From the NCBI GenBank assembly GCA_000182565.2, contig KQ257453.1: DNA of 64,000 nucleotides; one strand, given 5' to 3'. This document shows, one piece after another, positions 32,953 to 45,900 of this stretch; within the stretch, counting starts at the first letter, position 1; every line of letters begins with the position of its first letter. A program made the translations under genes and the position numbers. The stretch is from Spizellomyces punctatus DAOM BR117 (Eukaryota). The notes under the pieces were generated by a model. It saw only the letters and a list, made by a program, of their open reading frames with translations, did no database searches and was not told where the DNA came from.

Positions 32953-33699
32953 ATGTCCGCCATCTCCCGCGTTGCTGTGCTTTCCACCAGGGCTATCTCC
33001 CTCTCTGCCCGCAAGGCTACCCCAGCTGTTTGCTTCTCAGTGGCATCCGCTGCCCGGCAAGGTATGGATTGAACTCTGGGTGTATGAGGACTTGGTTGGA
33101 TTCTGCGCGTTTTAGACAGTTAGATTCTTGAAAATGTGAATAAGATTGTTATCAAATGGATAAGTTTTGGATGGCTGGGCTGGATAGTGGACTAGACGGT
33201 GTCGGGAAGCGCGGAATGTGTCGACGAACACCTGTTACACCATGGTCTTGTGTGATTCTCAAATCATCCTACTTCAAATCACAGCTACCCCCACCAAAGA
33301 GTCCGAGCCCGTGATCCCCGGTTTCCGTGAAGAAGGTCAGATCCCCACCAACTGGGAGTTGATGGCCGGTAACGAACGTTATGAATATATGCAGCGTCTT
33401 GCCGGAAAGGAGCCTTGGGAGGACCTCAAGCCCATCGTCATGTCCACTCGTGGAACAGTTGCGAACCCTACCATCATCAAGGGCTCTGACCCTGAGCGGT
33501 ACATCGCCTGTACCGGTGTGTAGGCTGCGTTGTGCTCCCCCTTAATCCTTTGATCCAAGCTTACCCACATTTTGACTTAGGATTCCCCGCCGACTCCCAC
33601 GAAGCCATCTGGTTGACCATCCGCGACCACGGTCGCAATGACCGCTGCCCACACTGTGGAAATGTCTTCAAGTACCAGCGCGAGCATGCCCACCACTAA
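32953..33699 (+). CDS. COX4: Cytochrome c oxidase subunit Cox4 (COX5B family)
   Basis: Mitochondrial presequence MSAISRVAVLSTRA..., IPTNWELMAGNERYE, Zn ligands RYIACTGFPADSHE...RCPHCGNVFK. Two introns. Confidence 0.92.
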
Positions 33700-34513
33700 A
33701 TTATAGAAAATATTCCTCTAATTTACCGAGACAGTTCGCGAGATTGAGGGCAATATATGGACGATTTTATTTGAAAAAAATTTCATTGAGTTGATTTACG
33801 GTGGACCGTAATTGTTGCCGTTGCGCTTTCGCTATGCTGCTTTTGGTTCCATTTGGGGTGTCAAATTGTATGCATTGGAATATATATGAACTGGAGGAAC
33901 CACCGTGGCGCAAGAACTAGGGATATTCATCGGTTGCCGAAGCATGCAAGGGAAGGGATCGAGTGGGAAGCAACCTTTGGCACAGTATCTAGTCTTGTAC
34001 TAGATTAAATCACAATGAGCAGCTTGTTGGGTCCAGGAAATCCATCATTGGAAGGATGAGAGATGGCCAGTTGTGGGTAGGCGTCATGTTGGTACCGTCT
34101 AATTTCCAATGGGCCTTTGCGAACCAAGCCTGAGACAGTAAGTACTGGAGGTAGCTACTCGATTTTATATGATACCTCGAATCGACCTCGATTTCTCAAG
34201 ATTCTTCCGTCATTTAAATGAGGATGGTCGTAACTATTGAAATAGGCAGCGATTCGCAAGCCGATATTTTCGACAGAGCACATTGAGATTTGTTAATGAT
34301 AGCTTTTGCACTGACCATCTTCTCGTTCCCCACTGCTCATTGATCTCATCCATAGTCCTTCAATATTTTTGCTTTGCTTTCCATTGGAATGGGATTGAAT
34401 GTACAGCCAACCCAATGGTTGCTGACGCATGTCCCCGACCGCCCAAACTTGCTTCGTTTCTGTTCTTTACCATTCACTGGTGCGCCCATCTCGTTTACTA
34501 CGACCGCCTCACC

Positions 34514-35008
34514 ATGCCTGCCGTACTCTTTCCATATCCGCGAACAAGTTTGATAAGCTTTGTGGCCTGCTTGCTTGCTTTCCTAGGCTTTAACGCCTTA
34601 CAAGCAACCCTCCCGCTTAACTCGACGGCACTCGACACCCACTTTTACTTTACCCCTGATCAAGCTTACAAAACAATAACCTCCCATGGTGGAGCCGGGA
34701 GGAAAATGTATCTAACTCAATTTGCGCCGCTAGATACCTTGTTCATGCCCTTCTACACCGTTCTAGCGGCCTCGTTGTTGGGCAATGCGTGGGCATGGTC
34801 AGCAGTAGGCGTCGTTATAGCAGATGCTATTGAAAATATCTGCATATCGGGTATGATTTCCGCATGGCCAGAACGGTGGGATGCGCTAGCCATGGTGGGT
34901 GGGATAGCGAATGTTGTCAAGCATGCCGGTACAGTATTTCTGGTTGGTCTTATATTGGTACGGTTGGTGGTGGTGAGTGTGAAGAAAGGGGGCGCAAGAG
35001 GCACATAA
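34514..35008 (+). CDS. Intronless ~4-TM hypothetical membrane protein
   Basis: 164-aa ORF from ATG 34514 with hydrophobic segments and LDTHFYF..Y...G..GR..YL, LDTLF..Y, ADAIEN motifs. Confidence 0.7.
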   Translation: MPAVLFPYPRTSLISFVACLLAFLGFNALQATLPLNSTALDTHFYFTPDQAYKTITSHGGAGRKMYLTQFAPLDTLFMPFYTVLAASLLGNAWAWSAVGVVIADAIENICISGMISAWPERWDALAMVGGIANVVKHAGTVFLVGLILVRLVVVSVKKGGARGT

Positions 35009-36349
35009 GCTTACAATAACCGCCACTGGACGTTACGAATATATTATCGAGTGTTCAACTTTGCGCATCAACCAATGCTGGCAGATGTAATCGTCCCTCT
35101 GCACGCAAAAACCTTGGCGGACATTGGGCATCTGATGTGCACACATAATGTCTAGGTTAATGTGCGCCGTGACAATGAAATTGGTTGTAGAAGACTAAAT
35201 GCGTGAATGAAGCCTGTTACTCAGAGGTGTCGCAGATTTCAAGCTTATAACTTGGAATTTCAAAGGCGGTCCATGGTGGTTGACAGGCACACCAACTCGA
35301 GATCCAAGCCATGATCAAGGCGTTCTTTTTCTTGCTAACTTTTTCTTGGCATCCTTCATTCGTTCGTTACATGACTTTGAAGAGCATCGGTAATGCTGCA
35401 TTGCATATTGTTGGACATAATACCATTAGCGGCAACATAAGCAGCATCAAATGCTTACTAGTTTATGAAACCAGAGTGACAGTGTGTGTGCAACCGTTTG
35501 ATCTTCATCCGAGCCAAACCTTATGGTACTAGGTACTACTTCTATTTGCTTAGGGCTGCCAAGAACACCTTTCAAGATACCGCATGTGGCACTGTGACCA
35601 TCCAATGTAAAACAGAGTGGAAATAGCTTGTAATCAGTAATCAAAAGGTGCCCGTAACGCACAAATACCAGGAGCGATAGGCTCATTTCCTGGAACCGAA
35701 AAAAGGAGTGCATTGGCTAAAGTGAGGAAGGACGTCTAGAGCACATTCCAAAACAGTGTTCGCAGCCTGCGATTCGTCTTCAAAATGCGGAATGCGGTAT
35801 GTTGGTGGGGCGAGAGTCTGATGGACACAGCTGGTACTGACGGTAGTCGACGGAGTTTCGAAATAAGTAGCCGGTGCCCACCTAATCACAAAGGAGCGCC
35901 ATAACCAGAAAACAATCGAATCGTCGCCTGACCCTCGGAAAGGAAAAGCAAAGGATTATGACCCTAATTGATCCTCAAATCCTCCAACCACAGGTTGCAT
36001 CAGCTCCTCGTCTCGGAATTTTTCATCAAAAACAAAGGAAAGGAAAAGTGCCTTTCATGCTGACGCTCACTGGTCCTTGACATGCCACATTTGTCAGTCA
36101 ACGGAGTGACCTCTACGATACTCCACAACTTCTACCCAAAGACTTTCGAGGTGTTTTGCACTTACGACGGAAAAGTCAGAAGGAACGATGTATGGGGCAA
36201 CATCCATTGCTTCACTTTTTGTCGGCTTTTCTTTCTTTTTTGGACATCATGACCGGGGATATAAGCACCGTGGCCCAGAATGTTAACTCCCACTTCACCC
36301 TTTCCCTACATCTTATAGACCCTCATAGAACTAGAAGTCCCTCCTTATA

Positions 36350-37366
36350 ATGATGCCTAAATTTGCCGCATATTCTACACTCATCTTCTTCCTACTTGCC
36401 GGGGCAAATGCTCATATGCGAATGGCCAATCCCCCTCCCCGGGGAAGCGTGGATCCTCCAGTGGGACCTCCCGATTATGATCTTGCGTCTCCTTTGGGCG
36501 GTGAGAGGTCATTTCCCTGTGGAGGAAAGCCCGTTGGGAATAGTGTTATGAACATTCAGGCGGGCTCCACAATCCCGGTGTCCATTGTTGGAGGTATGTC
36601 GCAAAATTCAATGCTGTGTCGCTTGCTGTATCTAGAGCCAACAGATCCATTACTAGGTGCTCCGCATAATGGAGGTCACTGCCAGTTTGCCCTCTCGACC
36701 GACGGACAGAACTTTGTTGTTATCAAGGACGTCATCCGCGAATGTCTTGCCAACGGTGCCAGCACATTCGATGTGCAGATTCCGTCCAGCTTTCCTTCAG
36801 GGAAGACCATCTTTGCCTGGGCATGGATTAACGCCGTCGGAAATCGAGAGTATTACATGAATTGCGCCGATGTTACAATCCAGGGTGGTGGCAGCGGATT
36901 TACAGGACCTCAGCTGTTTGTCGCAGATCTTCCGGGAACGCCGACCATTCCGGAAATGGTGCCTGGGGATCTAAACGATGGTAGACAATTTTTCAGCCAG
37001 CGCAAGCAGATCACTGTTGGGCCAGGAAATGGTGGTTCGTCACAACCCCAACAACCTGAACAGTCTCTACCCACTCAACCACCAACACAGACCCAGGACA
37101 CACCCCGGCCGAGTCCCAGCCCATTTCAACGTCGACCAAACCCTCGGCCCATCTACCAAAAACCTTCTTCTCGACCCTCCTCATCCTTCGCCTCTGACGA
37201 TCCTTGCGACGGCAACTCTCCAGACGCTCCTTTCATGGTCTGCTCTGGAACTGGATTCTACATGTGCAATCCCGGTCAACCCATTTTCAAACCTGCTTAC
37301 ATGGATTGCGCCCCTGGTACTGCATGCCAACCATTTGGCAAATTCATTCAATGTCTCCAAGCTTAG
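36350..37366 (+). CDS. Secreted AA11-like lytic polysaccharide monooxygenase with P/Q/S linker and Cys-rich C-terminal module (CBM19-like)
   Basis: Signal peptide ending ANA then His1 (HMRMANPPPRG), FPCGG, HNGGHCQFALS, AWAWINAVGNREYYMNCADV. In-frame intron at ~36594-36656. Confidence 0.82.
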   Translation: MMPKFAAYSTLIFFLLAGANAHMRMANPPPRGSVDPPVGPPDYDLASPLGGERSFPCGGKPVGNSVMNIQAGSTIPVSIVGGMSQNSMLCRLLYLEPTDPLLGAPHNGGHCQFALSTDGQNFVVIKDVIRECLANGASTFDVQIPSSFPSGKTIFAWAWINAVGNREYYMNCADVTIQGGGSGFTGPQLFVADLPGTPTIPEMVPGDLNDGRQFFSQRKQITVGPGNGGSSQPQQPEQSLPTQPPTQTQDTPRPSPSPFQRRPNPRPIYQKPSSRPSSSFASDDPCDGNSPDAPFMVCSGTGFYMCNPGQPIFKPAYMDCAPGTACQPFGKFIQCLQA

Positions 37367-37663
37367 ATATGTGCAATAATGTCTTTGGTTGTGCAAGTGA
37401 ACGCTGGCTCGTCACTTTGGTAGATGCTTAGATAAAAACTGTTTGACGATCTATTTTTGTAAAAGGGTTGTTTTCCTCTAGCAATTTATTAACTTTTAAG
37501 TTACTTTATTGTGGTCGTGCTATTCGGACCCATACCATCTACACCCCACAAAAGGATCAATGTTATCAAGCACCTAAGGTTCCGGCGGCGTCCTGGCGGC
37601 CCCTTTTGAACGGGGATTTATTACATACCATTGAAGGTTGAAGGTTCAAAGCGCATGGAGTGC

Positions 37664-38843
37664 TTACCTGGATTTATTATCCGCTTGGGATTTGCCGGCT
37701 TGGCTCTGACTCAAATCGTCAACTACGCTCGTAAGAAATTCAAAGATGTTTTCGGATAGGAGGAAGAAAGCACAGAAAAGAATTGCGGAGCATGAATTAT
37801 ACGTTGCATCTTCTGTAAAAGACAACAGGAACTGTTAGCGTTTATGGTATTTCTTTCGCCTTTGTTGTCAATAAATACTTGCCAACGAGCTTTTTGCCGA
37901 GCGCGAGATTCAAGATGACGATTGCGAAAGCAAAACCCATCAGAGCATGGTTGGCTATTTCCAGAGACTTCAGCTTGCTAGTTCCAGACGACGAACCGGC
38001 TACAGCCTTGAATGTTTTTCGCAGCTGAGGGAATTACGGATTACTATTAATTCGGTGACATGCAACCGTACCGTCGGGAACATACCTCCCAGCTGAAACA
38101 GACGAAGCCGGCGATAGCGTACCACACAAGCTCCATCGTGCAGAGAACGGCGATGGTATACGAATATGCATCATTCGCACCGGGACTGAAATGTGGTTGG
38201 TAAGGAGGTTTGTGGAAGCGTTCAATTTAATGCAACTCACATCCATGCCCAGGAACGCATCTCAATTAAACCCTTGGCGATGACGGCAACACCAACAGCG
38301 ATTGCGTAGGCAATGGAGACGGATATGAAGATACGTCGATATAGGTCCTGGCGCAGCGGAACCGCAAATCTGCAATGCAAGAACATCATTATCTGTTCTA
38401 ATGCGTGGCATCAAGGAGGTGATCGGCTCGTACCTGAATGTCCCTGCAACGTTGACGCAAACCAATTGAATAACGAATCCAATCAATCCTGCCGCGCTTA
38501 CTGGCACGGTGCGTCCATAGAATTGTAGGACACCAAAGAGAAGCGCAATCAATCCGACGATCGAACCCATCGCTCCCGCCAGTAACACATAAGCCCGAAT
38601 ATTTCTTTTGTTGGTGAAGATGCGCCAAAGGGAGATAAACAAATTTCCTGCGATCAGGGGTATACTGACGCCGGTAATAACTCCCGCTCCTCCAAAGGCT
38701 TCTCCTGCCTGTTGGGCAGCAGCCATGGCCACGGGTACAATCTGGGCGGTAACCTGGGCGGTAACCTGAGAGGTGACGATGCTTGTCACTTGTGCTTGCA
38801 CGCCTACATCATTCAGGCAAGCGTAGATCTCGGTTGCATTCAT
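37664..38843 (-). CDS. Seven-transmembrane (GPCR-like) protein; 3' end uncertain
   Basis: After removing 4 introns (including 38370-38433 and GC-AG 37813-37882) the frame shows 7 hydrophobic segments, an N-terminal NAT sequon and a polar C-terminal tail. Confidence 0.6.
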
Positions 38844-39539
38844 CTTTGCTCAAGATGTGAGATGATCAGAGTCGGTGTATGGTTATTCTGTTTCGGCTCC
38901 TGGTCGCGGACGTCTCATTTTATAAAGTTTAAGAGACCTTTTATTTCTACATAGACCCTAGCGGGGGGCAGGAAGCCAAACAGATGCACATCCAATGGAG
39001 CGCCATCAAATAAAGCAATGCTTAATTTTGTTTGGTCACTAACCAGAATCCAATAGGACCTCGTGGTGTTTGTTTAGAGTAAACTGAACTACTGCCAGTT
39101 ATTTTTAGAGCCAACCAACCTAATAGCTTCAACATCAATATCGTCGTAGACGGGAGTAAATTGTGCATGGGAGATGGGAGACGTTTGCGGGCTGATTCAG
39201 CTGTCCTGTTATTGTCCTTTTTTTGAATACAATTTCCAAGCATTACATTGTCTCCCATCCAAATTAATTTTAGCGGATTGAATACGAATTAGAAAACCGT
39301 TGGTCTCATATTGTTGACCTGGGAGTGGGACTCCCTTCGCATCCCTCAGAGTCATAGAGCTGGTCAACAATTAGGTTATGCTTCGTCTATTGATGAAGTA
39401 ACCGTCTACATAATTAGGTTCCGAGCTCATACTTTGAGGGCATCCACAGATGATGGATGAGTCGAGAAGACATTCAGCTTATGTAGGGTAGCGCATGAGC
39501 TCATGGATGTTTGAAGCGCGCAAAGGTACCTTGGATGGC

Positions 39540-39729
39540 ATCCTGTGTCTCGCTTGTCTACGTCGACATACTGGAGGACCGAGGAGTCCCCTGTGTTTCG
39601 AACTTGGATGGCTTTCATGCTCGATGGGCAGGCGTTCGTGTGGATGAAAGTACAAGCTCGCAGAATCTGAAAATGATGCAGGGGACGCTGCTGGGCTGGA
39701 GAGGAAAGAACTCTCCTTATCGCTTGCAT
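39540..39729 (-). pseudogene. N-terminal fragment resembling a zeta-crystallin-type quinone oxidoreductase
   Basis: Presequence-like leader then MKAIQVRNTGDSSVLQYVDVDK. No downstream continuation found. Confidence 0.35.
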
Positions 39730-40366
39730 GCGTCATTAACACAGGCGAGACCTGTCCCCAGCCTGTCGGCGCTGCCCTATGTGCAGTGCTGCACCCTCCC
39801 CGTGTATGCCCATTTTGTCTTTCGAAAGTCTTTAACGATTAGAGCACTCGCCTTGATACAAGAGAGCGAGATATACAGTTGCGCATATGAATGGATCTTT
39901 TCTTGAGTGTACCTGGGCTCTCTCAGATTGAGTGATTACCTTCTTGGCCTATCTAGTCATCAGTTTTGTTGCACTCGTTTATTCTTATATAATACATAGA
40001 TGTCTTCTAACCAAGGAAGCTGTCGTGCATTCTCACTTGGCTAGGAATATTCGGCCTTTCGAACACCTCTTGTCGGGCGGTAGCGGGGTTGCTGACAGAG
40101 ACATAACCCAATCTCCGCCTCCTGATTATGTAAGCATTAATTTGGTAAATGATGGGTCGGCTCTTCTCCATTCCTACATTGTCACCATCACCATTGCACT
40201 GCAAACTACCAACTTTAGGAAAAACATTTGCATCACACGGAAAATAATATTTGAATTGTTCTACTGATTGAATTTTTGGAACATGGGTAGGGTGAGAGCA
40301 CCATGTTACAATCCTGAAGCTTACTGACGTACCAGGAACACTTTAGCACAAAAAAGAAAGCGTGAA

Positions 40367-42531
40367 GTGAAAGATGAGGGTAAAACTCATAACGCAAAGG
40401 GCAGGAGGAAGAGGGTTGAAAAAGATGACAAGAGTGAACTTGAAGCACATGTCAAGATGGAGGTCTTATCAGATCATGGACAAAACCACAGATCTTGGTG
40501 GCACGACCAGAGAAAGATGTTTTTGCGGGATTGGGTACGACAGGCATAATTCACTATTCTGGGCACTTCATTCTAACTACATGAGGTACAATCCAGAAAT
40601 CACATAACCCGGGTCTATGTTGCATTTGCATTCGTGGAACCCGTGATCTAGATGAGATTGTGACATGCAATGGTCCAGATTGCGCAGTCTCAGTGCATAG
40701 GGCATGTTACGATGTTGAGGGACAAGATGCTAGCAAATGGATGTGCGACCGGTGTCGCACGGATGACCCAGCCCTGGCGGTAGGTGTCCCATTGCAGGCT
40801 AAGCAGAAGCGATAACCCTAATCGTATTGTCACCCAATCTACAGGCATGTGTGCTGTGTCCATGTAGAGATGGCGCTTTGAAGCAAATATCCGGGACGAA
40901 CTATTGGATTCATGTTTTGTGCATGCAATGGACACTTGGATCAGTATGTAGCACTTGTCAATGTCGTTATTTGATGTGACATTGTTGCTCACGTATTTTT
41001 TTCGCAGAGGGACGATGATCGGTATGCAATTACGACACTAACTAATCTCAACTGTATCTCTGACAATGTGCCTGTTTCTGGTAGAGTTTGCGAGGAGAAT
41101 CTCTACCATTTGGATCCGAAACGCTGGAACAAGGTGGGCCCTTCGACTGTCGCTTCCAGATACCCACACATCAGCTCACACCCTAGATGTAGGAGTGCTC
41201 TGTGTGTACATCACCTATGAACAAGCAATATGGCGGTAAATGCCCATGCGATGCTGCTCAATGCAAGAATCTGGTAATGCTCCAACAAGTATGTAGTGTT
41301 TGTGATTTTACTAAAAGCTGATATATATCTTGCAGGTGCACGCGACCTGTGCTGCTGACTATCGCCTGCTCGAGGAAGTTACCGATTCTCCCGATATGGC
41401 GCATCCATTTTTTGTTTATTGCAAGCAACACGGATCAAATGATCCGCGGGTGAGAATCTGTGTGCGCTGTTCAATCTTTGTGCGAAGTCTTATATCTCGA
41501 AAAATTAGTTGAATCCATGGGCCAAGTGGGTTCAAAATAAGCATCGCGGATTGGTCAAGATAGCTGAAAATGAGAGGAAGACACCCATAAGTCAAGCCCG
41601 CTTAAATGATCCCCGGGCCGTTTTAGAAAACAGCTTGGCCATTTTCAATGATGAACAGGAGCTGAATATTCTTCGAATGCAGCATGATGCTGTCCATAGT
41701 CGAGCCGAGTGTGCTGCATATGAAAAGGCCACAGTTAAACTTCAGCGGGATTTGAATAACACCGCGACGAACTTGGAGGAGGCAACCCAGGAACTTGAGC
41801 AGCTTGCAAAAGAGGACGAGGCATTGAGAGACGACTTGCTAACCATTTTCGAGTGTTTTCAACCAACCAATTCCGCCTCCCCCGTTTCCCCCGACACTGT
41901 TATCGATCGACTTTTTCAACTTGGCCCACAAATCCAAGTTCGGCCTGATTTCGAATCGGCCTTCGTATCTGCATACACAACAGCTCAGCACCAGCAGCAA
42001 TTGGAAGGGGATGAGAAATGCTTGAATGAGTTGGCTAATAAGCGCAAGAGGCGAGGTCGGCGAAAGAATGCAGCACACCCATTGTCTGGCTGCGGGCTTT
42101 TCGGACTGTGTACAATCTGCAAGACTTTCGAAGGCGGTGAAGCAAGTGGAAGTGGGCTTGATGGGACCGATTCTCCAAGTAGCCCAGAAGTCAAGGCGTC
42201 TCCACCAGCGTTAGACGGTATTAACGTTCATCGACTGATTCAATGCGCTCAATGTGTGCGATGTTTTCATATGGGTTGTCTGGATCCTCCGATGACCAAA
42301 GTGCCTTCCCGAGGTTATACATGGAGGTCAGCACATTGCTTCATGCGCTCTTTATGTGGACACTGCTCATTATTAACGTCTTCTTTTCGTCTCAGGTGCG
42401 AAGATTGCGATACAAGCCCCAGTGAAGAGGATAAAACACCTTATAAGCGAAAACTGGACGATGAGCAGAGTATAGCGGATGAAGGACGCCCAAAGAGGAT
42501 ACGAGCTGTCCCCGCTCGCTATACCGTCTGA
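40367..42531 (+). CDS. Multi-PHD-finger chromatin protein (PHD + ePHD + coiled coil + PHD; PHF14/BRPF-like); start uncertain
   Basis: CCIC...EIVTCNGPDCAVSVHRACY...WMCDRC; CVLCPCRDGALK...WIHVLC; VHATCA...YCKQH; CTIC...LIQCAQCVRCFHMGCLDPP...WRCEDC. Confidence 0.85.
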
Positions 42532-42913
42532 TATACTGTTAATTTTTGAAGATTGTCCTTGTACAGTAGATGATCTTTGTTGAATCTTTTGTTTATATTT
42601 AAATATTTGCTCGTGGAAACAGCTCAGAGTGCCAAAGTCTTGCAGCTCTGCATGACCCTATCCATTTATCTTGGTAATTGACAGCAGGGAGTACATCAAC
42701 GATGGCAATGCTCGTCTCAAGGCGGAGGGTACTTTCAGGTGTTCAATCGGACGGAAGTTCAATGAGTCGCTTACGTAATGACACGTTGTGATTGGCTGCA
42801 TGGTGCTTAGCAGCTCTTTGCAATTATATTTCTTTTTGGACGCAGCATGCAGAATTGCTGTCCTGTTCAATGCTCCACGGCTTGGGCGTTGAGCATCACC
42901 GCAGACGTGAACT

Positions 42914-45900
42914 ATGGTGGCTGTGAAGCGGAAAGGTGTGCCGACAGACTCTCGTGACAGCACGTCTGCGAAGAAACGCTCAACGATCCAGCATGACCCT
43001 TACATTGATCCGTCTGACGACGACGACGACTCAGACGCAGACGGCGGGGTAGAGGAGGAAGTGAATGGCGGGGACTTTGTCGAGGGTAGTGAGAGCGATG
43101 AAAGTGAAGGTGAAGCTTCCGAGTATGGGGAAGACCAAGCGGACGACAAGGAAGTAGGGCATGGACAAAGGCTTGAGAAGATTGGGAATAAGTTCTACAA
43201 AGCACCGACAAACGAGGAGATACAACAGTTGAAGGAAACTACAGATCTCTTCAAATCCAACTTGTTCAAGCTACAGGTAAGCATAGGCACCTCAATTGTC
43301 ATGCGGCCGGATGAACTCTCTGTAATTTGAGTACGTCCACAGATCGATGAGCTGCTGAAGGAGGTTCGAATCGATTACTCGAAAACGACCGCATTAGAGA
43401 AAGCCCTTCGAAAGATAAAGGACATTTTGGATTCGTTGAGCGATATCCCAGAAGTTTCGGTAGCGGATGGTACTTCTGGGCTTCAATCCGAAAACATCGT
43501 TATACCATTTCCCGATCCGGCACCCCCAGCGGATGCTCAATATAAGTTTGCTTTCAAACGACCCAGCAAAGTGTTTGTTGTTGGCAGCTACCTATTGAAA
43601 ACCGTAGCCAAAAATCCTTCGGGTGCGAATGTGGACTTGGCAGTACAGATGCCCGAAAGTCTGTTCCAGGAAAAAGATCATGTCAACTATCGATATTTCT
43701 ACAAACGAGCCTATTATATTGCTGTGCTCGCTGCGGAACTTCGGAAGAAAACGGCTAAGCTAGGATTGACGCTGGAGTTTGAAGCATGTCAAGGAGACCG
43801 TCGAAGGCCGATATTAGTGCTTCGATCGACGGGAACCGTTCCCGAGTACGACTTCTCAAAGCTTGGGTTCTGCATCCGGCTATTTGCCACAATACCTCAA
43901 ACCTTATTTTCCGCCAGCCGCCTTGCGCCAAATCGCAACAATGTGCGACCAACCTTCATATCTGCAACTACATCCGATCATACACCGACCGGCCGGTATA
44001 ATGCGGCCCTATTACATGATACAACCCTGGTTGCGCACATGAACCTTCTTCATCATCATGCAACCACATGCGGCAGCTTTCGTGACGCATGTATTCTAGC
44101 CAAAGTATGGCTTACCCAGAGGGCATTCTCTAGTACAGAAGGCGGTTTCAATGGGTTTCTGTTTGCCATGATAATGGGGTACCTCTTGCGAACGAACGAT
44201 AAGAACGGGAACCGGAGATTAGGAAACAACTTCAGCTCCTATCAACTCCTAAAAGTGACGATGGAATTTCTGGCAACGCATGACTTCGAAGCTGAGCCAG
44301 TTTTTATGACTCCCGATGGCAAACCTCTGGCTGAAAACGATTTTTCTGTGGAGTCGTTCACACGTAACTATGAAGTAGTGATTGTGGATCCATCGGGAAA
44401 AATAAATCTGGCGGCGGCAATATCACGGGCTACTTTGGACGAGGTTCAGTACGAAGCTCGGCGCAGTATCAGCCTGTTCAGCGACTTGCGAGACGATCAC
44501 TTTGCTGCGTTATTTCTGAAGAAGGTCGATTTACTGCATTTGAGATACGATAATGTCGCTAGAATTGCTGCGACGTCTACCCGTCCTAAGTCATATGATA
44601 CGGCAGTTGCCCTTGACTTCCCGAGCGTACAAGACTACCTACTGAACTTCATTCCTCGATTGTTGAAGAGGGCTCTGACGAACCGCGTCAATCTAGTGTG
44701 CGCACGATGTGATGCCCTTCCACCGTGGTCGTGTGACCAAGCCGCACCGACACATGAGTCGCTAGGAACGCCAATATATCTCGGTCTTATCCTCGATACT
44801 GAGAATGCGGTTCGTGTCGTCGAGCACGGTCCCTCAGCCGATGACATTGATGCAGCAGAGGAATTCCGACAGCTCTGGGGGGAAAAGTCAGAGCTGCGTC
44901 GTTTCAAAGATGGAAGTATTTTGGAAAGTGTGGTGTTCGACTGTGATGGGACTATAGAACAAAGATCCCTTGTGGTCGGACGCATGGTTGGACACCTCTT
45001 ACATCGGCATACTGGCATTACGCCAAAAGATGAACTTACATACTGGGCCGGGCAATTTAACAAGTTCATCAGGGCACCAGGAATTCAACTGCAAGTCCGA
45101 TCCTTCCAGGGCGCCATGGACGCATTCAACGAATTCTCCAAACATCTGCGACAGCTTGAGGGCCTGCCATTGACAGTTACACAGACAATTCCATGCGCGG
45201 AAGGACTGCGCTACACATCAGTGTTCATTCCACAGCCAAGGATGGATGATGAGGAGGCATCGTCTGAGGCATACCGACCTTACTACGAGCCGCTTGATGT
45301 TGTGATTGAATTCGAGAGTTCAGGGCGATGGCCTGATGACTTGGCTGCAATACAATTGACAAAACGGGCTTTCTATCTGAAGATAGCGGAATTATATATG
45401 CAGCAACATCCTGGTACACGCGGAATCGTATCCACTGGGCATAACGCGGACATACTGGATAGCGGGTGTATAGAGATCACAACAGCTGCTGGATATACAT
45501 TTCGCTGTACGATTCATGTTGAGCGTGAAGCAATTCTTCTTGAACGCGGCCTTACTTCGAACGCTCTTCCTTCTACGCTGGAAACATACACAGCAGCCCA
45601 AAAGCGATACAATCATTCTTTCATAAGAGCTCCTTTCCATTCCACTCGGTTGCAAAATCTCTGCCTAAGATTCCCTTACCTTCCACAATCCATCCGTCTC
45701 ACGAAACGCTGGCTTGGAGCACATCTTCTCTCTTCACAGATACCCACAGAATTGATCGAGCTCATCTGTGCAAAGGTGTTCGTGGATCCAAGCCCATGGG
45801 CTGAGCCAGGAAGCGGATGGGTTGGATTTATGAGGACGTTGGACCTGTTGGCGAAGTGGGACTGGAAGCGGGAGGTGATGATTGTAGAATTAGAGAAGGG

